DNA from: Nageia nagi
Taxonomy: Eukaryota; Plantae; Pinophyta
NCBI GenBank assembly: GCA_050084985.1
Contig: JBITNC010000002.1
Coordinates: forward strand, 38,750,001-38,814,000
Direction: 5' to 3'
Length of the DNA stretch: 64,000 nt
The notes below the pieces were generated by a model. That model was not told the DNA's origin, ran no database searches, and saw nothing but the letters and a program-made list of their open reading frames with translations. Each line of letters starts with the position of its first letter. Positions within the stretch are counted from its first letter, which is position 1. Of the stretch, positions 53,876 through 64,000 are shown one piece after another. A program made the translations under genes and the position numbers.

Positions 53876-55157
53876 ACAAAATAATAAAACCTAAACCTTA
53901 TCCTCATGAATATATATAGATATTAAACATCATTGTAGTGATGCATAATTGTATTTATAACTATAAAAAATAATGCAAAGAATCATAGCGATATCAAAGT
54001 GATTCAATTTTATTATTAGATACTAGTTATATTTTAATGAATGAACTTATCTTAACCTACAATCCACCTACACCCCTCCTATTATCCAAATATTTCTTTG
54101 TATTATAAGAAATAACTACTAAAATGTATATATATGATTGGAGATGTTACATGAGATGTAAGAAAGCATGATAAGAGAAATAAGAAGATGCATTTCAAAC
54201 ATAGAATGAATCCATTTATGAATGTGCCCCTTGTCCTTCCTATATAACTTTATTTAGTGTACAAAATGTCCTTGTAATGCTACCTACCTCCATGGCATTT
54301 TGCATTTCCCATTTCATTTAATTGGGTCCTATCATTACCTGCAAGTATTGGGAGAAGAATTTACAAAGTTTACACTTCACATGAGTTCTCTCAAACCTCC
54401 ACATATTCTTAATTCCTTTGTAGAATGTATATAATCCTCTCACCATCATCCTCATAATCTTAAGTGAACCTTAAAATCTAATACGAATATTCCTAAAATT
54501 CTTACATGATATTTTATTAGGTTCATTCATATAAATCTCTTAGGTTTATTATGATGGTTGTAAACCATGATAAAAAACTATAGTATATTAGGTTGATTTT
54601 AAACCATCACAAAATAAAATTATCATATTTTAGCCACCCATAAAAGCCTTTTCTTTATACAATGTAGATATTATAGTGATGGGTATTAATACTACATGAG
54701 CTTAGAGGCTAAGTGAAAGGAAGTATGAGAACTATGATATAGATTAAATATAAATTAGATAATAAAAACTATTTAAATGCATTTTACATAATTAGGTTAT
54801 GATTGGATATATAATTCTAAAAGCTTATGATTCAAAGTTACAAATGAATAATAGTTTAGTGTTGAGGTAAAAGAGGGGCCATAAATATGTAGACTACTAT
54901 AAATTGAAAGTTATAAATCATTGCTATTCATAATTATATGAAAGTTAGAGATTCATATATTTGGAAGAGAACTGGTATGTAAGAATTTGTAAGTTCATTA
55001 ACCTTCACCTATTGATAAAAAGCCTAAAACATTATCAAACTTTAATACCAACTTTTGCTAAAGGATTTGAAGAGCTCATACACTAGCTAGAGTATAATGC
55101 AAAAGTGATCCCTAAATATATAAATATTATTCTAAATCTACACTAAATTTTAATGAA

Positions 55158-55172
55158 GCTTTGATACCAAAT
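55158..55172 (-). mobile_element. tRNA-Met primer-binding site of a decayed LTR element remnant
   Basis: The reverse complement reads CA-TT-TGGTATCAAAGC; no partner LTR was identified. Confidence 0.45.
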
Positions 55173-56790
55173 GAAGAATTTGAGGCTCCTAGACTATAGG
55201 TACAAACTATTAATACTTTAGAGATTTTCTACCACAATCAAACTCTAAAGAATAAATATATTTATTTTTATTTATTAATACATATGCATGCCTCCTTGGT
55301 GATGCATGCGACCTCCTCCACGCACTATATAAAACTCATAGCTATTACCTTCATTCTAAGAAGAATCAATTAACTCTTATCTTATTTACCTAAACTGCCC
55401 ATAGTAGCTCTTGCAAGGCATATACCAACACCGTGGAGTATCTAGTATATGAAGCTACAATGCTTCACTTGGCTGGAAGCCTATATCTCTCTTTTAGACA
55501 CACACTTATGAGATAAGAACAATATAGGATATGGTATTAGAAGTTTACACCTAAGACTTACAATAGGTGATGCATTCCGTAAAAATCATTTTAATGATTC
55601 CCTTGTGCTGCCAATCTCCTTTATATAATTGCGCATTACATAAGCACCTTATTAGTATTGTTTGAATCATACATAACCATTAATTTTCAAGCAGATAAGT
55701 ATTACATATGATTGCAAGTTAAAATTGGATTTTAAATGATGACACAGTCATTATTATTGGATATCTTCTCATTGTTACATGTTATTGAACTATATGCTGG
55801 CAAACTACTTATAACTTATTATAATTTTAAATATAAAGGATTGTATTTCATTGTTATTGCACACCTATACTATATTATCCTCAATTCTTGGGATCGAATT
55901 CCTTTGCACTTATATCATATTAGTGAGATTGCATTTCAATAAGAAAATATTATTCTTATTTTGCACCTATATTCAACATCATGGGAATGCCTTGCATTAA
56001 GAATCTATGACTATCACAATGCACCTATTAAAATGTAAACTCATGCGCTACATTTCATTGGATACTTATGGTTGTTCTCTTGTACTTGTATCTTATTAAG
56101 ATTAAAACTCACAAGGACTGTATTCCATTGAAAGATTGTTACTGTCACTATGCACCTATATCATGATGATATTGATATTTTTTTGGACTCCACCTCATTA
56201 GGAATATTAAAGATCAACTATTGTTATTATCCTTTCATGAGGCTGCATTCTAATGAAGTAGTCTATAAAACTAACTTATTATTATTTTGTACTCATATGT
56301 CTACATTTCATTTATAAACACTTACTACCCAAAATTTTTATTTACACACAAATTAAATGCCACTAAAAAGATATGCTAATTCCTTTATTTACTAGAATTA
56401 TTTAGTATTTGTATTAAATTTATTGCTTGAAAACTCCTACGTGATTTGAGTATGAGAAGTGTGTAAAGATGAGCACATCATTAACACAAATGAAATTACC
56501 TTAGAATATGATTAAACATAACCATGTAATATCTCATCATTATTTCACTTTGGATTATAGATAACATAATATATTCATATTGTTTTAAGTACATCATAGA
56601 GAGATAATACTTTATTGCACATCATTCAACATTTAATAATAAAGGAGATCTATTTTGTTTACATATTATTAAATAAACCAACAAATTCAAAATTAGAAAA
56701 TTAGATTTTAGTGAAACTTATATATAAGTATTTACATATATTTTTGAAGATTATATGAGGTTATGTCACACATAGTTTCCCATTGAATTT

Positions 56791-57098
56791 TGTATGTGCA
56801 TGTGATGTGCATGAAGCAAAGGGTCTAATGAGTTCAAGGAGATAGTGCCAAACCTAATAAGATTACCACTATCTTGTTGTCAGGAGCCAATATCATTTTC
56901 ACAGAAGAATAAACTCCTCAACCATAAGTCTTACCTTTATGAATGTTGTATGAGCATGTGATGTGCATGAAGCAAAGGCTCCAATGAGTTCATGAGGATA
57001 GTGCCTAACCTAATGAGATTACCATTATCCCATAGTTAGGAGCCAATATTGTTGTCATGGTAGAGTGAACTCCTCAACCATAAGTCTTACCTTTTATG
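56791..57098. repeat. Tandem duplication of a ~156-bp unit
   Basis: tgtatg(t/a)gcatgtgatgtgcatgaagcaaagg...aactcctcaaccataagtcttacc occurs twice. Confidence 0.9.
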
Positions 57099-58124
57099 TA
57101 TTTTTTTATGCTTTGAATTAGTACAATTATATGATTGTAAAATCTTTTTAGTCTTAAATACTAATTCATGTAAACTATGTTAATATATAATTGCATTTAT
57201 TTTTGAAAAATGGATCTAGCTAATATTTATAAGAATGATTCCACTAAAGAATATATCGTAGTCCATCAAAAGGAAAAAGTAACATATACCTACATTGGAT
57301 TCAACTTTTACCATGAATATGTTCATGTGTAAGATAATTATTATGTATTATCTCTTGAAGATTTCTTGGTGGATGTTTACATTATTCACATTAATTGAAC
57401 TCTCAAAAATGCTAGTTAGATATATGTTGAAATGATCAATAGTTTAGATATATGATGAAAAGTATATAAAGAGGCTACTTGTTAGCCAATTTTCTATATG
57501 AAAGGATGTTATATCCTTAAATTTTGCTAATGTATAATTTTTCTAACAAAGAGTTTTGTATGTAAAATTTTGATGAAACTACTATTAGAATTTAGAACAA
57601 CTTCATCTTGATCTGTTAAATCAATTTTCATGATTAATACTATATTGCTACTTTCTATCTTACTGATGCATAATAAGAATGAGATTTTAGAATGAAATTA
57701 ATTAATGATGCTAAAGGAATTCAAGAGGATACGAGATGCTATAATATCTACTTTGGGAAACTAAGTATAACTTTATTGAACAAATTGCTTGGTAAAATAA
57801 TTGATAACAATATGCAACTATGCATGAATAAGTTCCATAATAACTAAAGCAATCTATGATTACATGATAAATTACCCTCTCAAATGTAGATATAGTTATT
57901 AAGAAACTTATTTGATAATGGAATGTGTAACAATTAATTGATTGAATTATACTTTCTAGGGCATGGAGTCTATTAATAAGAATGGATAGAGTTACAAATT
58001 GTTGGAAACTCAACACTTATCTCAAGACAATTTTCATATTTTTTTTGAGTTTACTATCCAATTGATACCCTAAAGATTGGGTAGCTAATTAAGCTTCTTT
58101 CAATCGGTCCAAAAATGTGCTAAC

Positions 58125-60900
58125 TGATCCTTAGGTAATTGGTTAGACCTATCTAACCAATTTTTAGCCTACTTGTTAGGCCTAGATTAAAAGTGCCTCA
58201 GAACCTATCATTCTTGAGGCATATTTTTATGTTTTTATGCATTTTAATTCTTTCTTGCAGCTCACCCTATAGCATTGGATATATGTAAAAGCTATTGGGT
58301 TTATAACTAGTTTAGAATGCTTGTAATTAAATCTAATTTTTGTTTACTTTTGCATTGTATCATGTTAATTCAATTTCCTGCAACTCTCATAATTGTAGAG
58401 TGAATGAAGCTTCATTAATGAATTTATTATATTGGAATTTTGATTTTACATTAATCTAGCATTTTCCTATTTAGTTTCATTTTACTATTATTACACTTTA
58501 GCTCCATTTTTATTTATTTGAATTATGTTGAATTTATCATTTGGTATCAAAGATTTGCTAGATCTTAGTTGGGTTTGAGAAAGCCTATGGTGTATAGCAA
58601 TTGCAAAAGTATCTTGTAGAGTCTTGGTTTCCTTATTTGTAGGTATAATGGCTAGAAATATAAGCTCATATATTCATATTCTAGAGTTTTATAGAAGTGC
58701 TTATAAGTACCAGAGCATTAAGATACAAAATTTGCTCATAGGAAAATATTGGTGGGACATTATTTATGATGGTTACATAGGTACCATAGATTGAAGCACT
58801 TTTTTAGAAGATGATAAGAAGGCCAAGAAGAAATTTAGGAGCAAGAACTCTCTTGCCTTGTCTCACCTCTAAGAAGATCTTGATAGGAGCATTTTTCTCA
58901 GAATTGTATGTTGTAAGATAGCCAAAGATGCTTGGAAAGTGTTGAAGGAAGGCTTCAAAGGAAGTGACCAAGTTAAATAAGTGAAATTGCAAATTGTACA
59001 GATAAAATTTGAGACTCTCAAGATGAAGGACATTGAGAAAGCTTCATATTTCTCTATCATAATTAAGGAGATTGTAAACAAGATGTTAATTCTTGGAGAA
59101 AACTTGGAAAAGGGAGTAGTTATTAAAAAAACTCTTAGATCTCTCACCAAGAAGTGGATTCATATTGTTATGATATTGGAGGAGATTAAATACCTCTCTC
59201 AAATGGATATTGATACTCTCATTATCTCTCTTATGTATCATAAAGAGAGGGTAGATGATGAGCCAGTATAGTCCAATAAAGATGAGAAAGCCTTTATTGC
59301 AAAATAAGGTAAATTAAGCTCAAATGGACATGGAAGTGGAAGAGGTAGAATCCAAAAGAGAGGTAGAGGCATAGGTAGAGGAAGAGAAGGCTATTTAAGC
59401 TCAAGAGGAAGAGTTAGAGGAAACAATAATAAGATAAATGCTCAATGCTTTTACTGCAATAAATATGGGCATCATGAGAGGGAGTGTAGTGGAAAACAAG
59501 CAATCAGTGGTGAAGGAAGAGCAACCAATTATGGAGAGGAATAAGGGTAGAGTGAAACTCTCTTTCCATGGAGGATATTGCCAATGTATCTAAAATAAAA
59601 GGTGATTAAACTTGATTGTTGGATACCATTTTCTCCAACCATATAACTAGAAAGGGAGAGCTACTCTCCTCCATTAATCATTCCTATATGTCAAACATTA
59701 ATCTTGTCAATAATTATGCAATAGGTGCGGTTGGTAAAGCCATGCTTGTGGTACTTACCAAACATGGAACGAAGAAGGTGAATGATTTTTATCCCACTCC
59801 AGATGTGGCTCACTGTTTACTTAGTGTTGGGCAAATTATGGTAATGGGAACAAGCATGTTACTACTATTCACATGATTGGAAATTAGTTATTTCCATTGT
59901 AGCTTGGAGATAAAAGGGATATTCTTCTTGCAAATGTGATTGTAAATAACTTGTATTGGTTATGATGTCTTAAATTTTGTCACTTGAATTTTAACAATTT
60001 GAAGCTATCTCATGATCTTGTGCATGGTTTGCCTATTATTAAAGATCCAAAATATGTTTGTGAATCTTGTATTTTGGTCAATCAAGACAAAAAATTGATC
60101 AATGAAAAGTATGAAGGGCCTCATTATCACTAAAATTAGTGGATACTAATTTATGTGAATCAATTCAATCCAAGAGTATTGGTGCGAATTCCTATTGCCT
60201 CATTCTTATTGATGATTTTAGTAGAATATGCTAGGTTTATTTTGTCAAACATAAAGATGCTACATTTGGGTGTTTTAAGGAATTCAAGAAGTTAGTTGAG
60301 AATGACAGTGAGCATAAAATTAAATGTGTAAAACAAATAGATGGGAAGAGCATACCTCTAATGAATTTACTAAGTTTTGCAAGGAAAATAGTATTAAAAG
60401 GTAATATACTACAACCTATACTCAACAAAATGGACTAGATAAGAGAAAAATACAACACTCATTGAAATGGAAAGATGTTTATTACAATCCAAAAAATTGC
60501 ATACCATGTATTGGGATGAAGCAATGAGAACATCAAAATATATTTTAAATAGATTATTAACTAGTACAGTTGAAGGAAAGACCCTTTTTGAGGCTTCGTA
60601 TGATAAGAAGCCAACTATCTCACATTTCAATATTTTTTGTTGTTTGGCATATGCTCATGTGTTAAAAAAAAAAGAAAAAAATTGGAAGCAAAGAGTGAAC
60701 CATGTGTGTTCATTGGGTATAGTAAAGAGAGTAAAACATATACTCTTTACAATCCCAAAACTAGAAAAATAGTTGTGTCAAGGGATGTCATTTTTAAGGA
60801 GAGGAAAGTATCTGGATAGCAACAAAAATGCATTGTGGATATTGGAGAAGTGCCCATCCATGAAAATACTTAAAAAAGAAGGTTGTGCAACCCAAGAGAT
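58125..60900 (+). mobile_element. Truncated Ty1/copia element: 5' LTR (to 58539), PBS, gag, protease, integrase; no RT/RH or 3' LTR
   Basis: ATCA-TT-TGGTATCAAAG (PBS 58542-58552). gag UBN2-like ORF 58981-59271; CFYCNKYGHHEREC near 59446; LLDTIFSNHIT protease; IDDFSR and KLEAKSEPCVFIGYS...VSRDVIF integrase. The LTR start is approximate. Confidence 0.88.
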
Positions 60901-61379
60901 CAAATTATCTTCCAAATCTTCAATTGGTGCCTTAAAGTCCTCTGTTAAGTACCTCTAATGGCTTCAAATCTACTCCTACTTCTACTTCAAGTGAGGGTTC
61001 TCCCAATGTGATTCAAGAAGTTATGAAGACAAAAAGAGGTAAAAAAAATTCAAAACCATACTCCTTCTCAAGTTTGAGATCTAAATTTTCATCAAAGGCT
61101 TACTAGAAATCAAATTCATTAAATATAAGAGTTTGTGAAACAATTTAGTGATATGGAAATAGATGAAGATCCAAAGTTTTGACCTTCTATTGTGTTACAT
61201 TCTTCTCTAAGTAGCATGCTACATATTTGTTGTGGGATAAAAACTCTTAACATAAAAAATGTGTCTTCCCCTTCACAAGTTACATACTCATACACTATGA
61301 GTTTAAAATAATAAACATAAAAGGAAATAAAAGTCATCTTGTGGGTGGGCTCTATTTTTCCCTACAAGAACATTGTAAT

Positions 61380-61878
61380 TTATCTTTCTTTGCATTATGC
61401 AAGTTTGAGATGCTCCTGCATCACATAATAGATTGAATGCCTATCCTTTTATTTTAATTCTTCAAGATAATATCAATCCATTATACTTGCAATATCTTTA
61501 GGTCTATACATAGAGGCTATGAATACTAAAGTTTCATAAGAATTTCATGGTCTTATTTTTTTTATAGATACAGTCTATAACTCTCCTAGTTTAATATAAT
61601 GAATTTATGGGTTTTTATCTTCATTGTATTATAAACTTATTTTTTATTCTTCTATAATGGCTATAGCTAATTTTAAAAGGAGTTTCCTCAAGTGATGAAA
61701 ATATTTTATTAAAGTTGAGGGAATTGATGAAATTACAAAAACCTGTACAAGTCATACCAAAAAGATACATCAAAAGCAGTGAGGACAATCACCATCAACA
61801 TTTTAGTGATTAACATATAAAGATTACACAACCATAACATAGACAACAAGTGTATAGTAGGATTGTCAAAGTTTTTTT
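61380..61878 (+). pseudogene. Dead tandem paralog of the dioxygenase: core promoter, 5' UTR and exon 1 (ATG 61657), cut by an LTR insertion
   Basis: MAIANFKRSFLK**KYFIKVEGIDEITK aligns with MAGVDFKGSLPKWGKSFIRVEGIDEIAK. tttaggtctatacatagaggc matches tttaggcctataaatacaggc. The copy ends at agtaggattgtcaaag (RIAK equivalent). Confidence 0.9.
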
Positions 61879-63520
61879 TGTTGGAAACTTAATCCTTAGG
61901 GATTAAAGTAATTTGTGATTATTAATAGTTTTAGGTGTGTGAGTATGCAAGTATTTATAAGAGATCAAATTAATACAATACTTGGCTTTTGGAGTTTCTC
62001 CTTCAAGTGGTATCAAAGCCTCATTGGAGAAGATCTAGAGAACTCCATTGCCCATCCTCCAAAGATGAGCGTTTGAAGTTTTTTGTGTTGGTTCGTAGTT
62101 TCAGCTGTGGTTATGAAGATTTGAATCTGTTATGGGGATTTGAATCTGTTGAAGAGAGGCAGAGGACTACCCTAGAGATATGAATGATGGCCAGAGGGGC
62201 CATGAGAGAAGATCATGTAGAGAAAGGGGTGTTGGAGTGCATCTCCTTGCATGGATCATGAGAAGAGCCTATGTGGAGAAAGGGGTGTGTCTTGGACTGC
62301 ACCTCCCCACATGGAGCCTGAGGAAGAGAAGAAAGTGCCTCATAGAGGAGGCATCGCACAACTGAAAGATGTTGTAAGGGATGTGAACCATTTATTCATA
62401 CCCAAGAGATTATGAATGCTACCGTGGAATGAGCCATTTAATCTACTAGGGCTTTGATCAAGAGAAAGAATGGGGGAGTTTGGAAGGCTTCTGTGATACG
62501 AAGAAATATCATTTGAAATAGAGCTTGAGTGTTTGAGAAACAATGGATTGGAAGCAAAGGATTCCAGTATGAGTATGATAGTGCTTGTTCAACTCCTTAT
62601 GTAAGCACACCATCCAGCCCCGCAAGGTTTTCTGGTGCGGGTTTTTTCTTTAGCACCCCTACGAGTCTCGTAAGAGCTTACCAGTTTGAGAATAGTAACA
62701 TTCTTTCCTGTGATTTATAGACTAGTGGAAAGATGGAGGATGAAGGTGAGAACTTAGTGGTTTCTCCTGGTGGTTCTGATTTTGAGTTCAGTGCTAGATT
62801 TACGAAGTTTGAAGGAGGAGCAGTTTCTATCGATGAGCTATTCTAAAATGGGCAGATTCGACCCATGAAGGTGGCTCTACATGGGGAGGCACCATTGTGG
62901 TCAGTGCTTGGTGTGGAAGAGAACAAAGTGGCATCACTGGTGGAAGAAGGTTCAAGGGGCCATGATAGAGGGATTTGGAGAGAGAATTCATTGCACCATC
63001 GGTGGACGAGGTCTCTTTCTCCGTTGCATAGCGAGCCTCAGTGGGCTACGGAGATGACGGAGCCTGCACATGATGAGGGAGATGCAAAGTTTATCTATCT
63101 TGAATGTAAGGATGTGGTGGCATGGATATCTTCACTGTTGGGAAGTCAAAATCGAATAGAAGCAATGGTTAAATGCGATAAGGTAGTAGCAGACTGAGAA
63201 AGAAGATGTAGAGCGCATTAAGGCACATGGAAATTATGCAAAAAGTGGAGAACGGGTCAGTTGCCATGGAGGGCATGACTACATGTGGAGATAATAGTAG
63301 TCTCACTGTGTAGAGACCCTAGGCATGCTGGAACTGTGGAGGAGACCATTCTCTGATGACTACCTGAATCAACCAGGCCAAATGGTGGACCAAGTGGGGT
63401 CTGGAATAGAACCACCAAGAGCCATGGCATGAACGAGTCTGAGGAGATGGATGGAATGCAATTGGAGAGAGACAGATGTGGATACTAGCACCATGCTCAT
63501 GCCATCATTGAGCCCATTGT
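61879..63520 (+). mobile_element. LTR element with a short (~127-bp) 5' LTR and PBS; internal region is non-retroviral and holds a captured gene fragment; 3' end not in the window
   Basis: TGTTGG at 61879 to CTTCA at 62005, then AG-TGGTATCAAAGC (62008-62019). Confidence 0.65.
62560..63060 (+). pseudogene. DUF1645-family gene fragment (N-terminal half) with two in-frame stops
   Basis: One frame: YDSACSTPYVSTPSSP...FFFSTPTS...DFEFSARF...SIDELF*NGQIRPMK...RGHDR...RSLSPL. These are the conserved DUF1645 blocks in order. Confidence 0.85.
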
Positions 63521-63597
63521 TCACCTACCCTGTGTGCATTTCTAAAACTAGCATACATTTTATTTTGGATACTGTTGTTTCCAAAAATAGAAAACTC

Positions 63598-64000
63598 CTC
63601 ACACATTTAATCTTATGTTCACATTCATTCTCAACCATCTCTTTGAATTCTTTAAAAAATTCAAATGCTTCATCTTTATGCTTCAAAAAATAGACCCAAC
63701 ACATTCTACTAAAATCATCAATGAAGGTGAGAAAATAAGAACTCATACCAAGACTTTTATTTTGCATTGGTCCACATAAATTAGTATGAACCAACTGTAG
63801 TGGGAATGAGGCCCTCCATGCTTTCCCATGATCAAATTTCTTGCCTTGTTTGCTTGCCCAACACACAACCTTCACAAACTAATTTTGGATTTTCAACAAG
63901 AGGTAAACCATGAACTAGCTTATGAGATAGTTTCAAACTAATGAAATTTACATGTCCAAATCTAAGATGCCATAACCAAGACTCATCTTTAATAGCCACA
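63598..64000 (-). mobile_element. Ty1/copia GAG-pre-integrase/integrase fragment, continuing past the window end
   Basis: LWHLRFGH, LQLVHTNLCGPM and YFLTFIDDFSRMCWVYFLKHKDEAF; same family as 59950-60330. Confidence 0.9.

Noticed and set aside
57100-58000. Possible hAT transposase remnant
   Set aside because: Only vague motif resemblance, with no TIRs or convincing conserved blocks.
61119-61337. ORF containing YVTCEG, resembling the ORF3 motif YVTLDG/YVTLKG
   Set aside because: It lacks the flanking LPxPW and H..L.NYF motifs and abuts the duplicated dioxygenase promoter; likely a chance match.

Overview
This is a very AT-rich, CpG-depleted plant nuclear window. The TE families and the PLS-type PPR decay suggest a gymnosperm; that assignment is inference. 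It holds one intact protein gene: a 4-exon 2-oxoglutarate/Fe(II) dioxygenase (SRG1-like DOXC, 27665-29126, +, 365 aa) with a GC-AG first intron. A dead tandem copy of its promoter and exon 1 lies about 34 kb downstream. The rest is mostly nested, decayed retroelements: (a) a gag plus antisense Plant-Mobile-Domain LTR element hosting a full Ty3/gypsy element, which itself hosts a full-length L1 LINE; (b) an RTEX/CR1-like LINE; (c) two elements with large LTRs and tiny internal regions; (d) a gag-protease-only gypsy; (e) copia fragments; (f) an LTR element carrying a captured DUF1645 gene piece; (g) a PPR pseudogene. The most notable observation is that the L1 carries a third, same-strand ORF between ORF2 and its A-rich tail, inside one degenerate target-site duplication. 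A second, diverged homolog of that ORF sits at 42.4-44.1 kb as an apparent 5'-truncated insertion. Together these suggest a three-ORF LINE lineage. All alignments were done by eye; TE boundaries are approximate unless termini are quoted.
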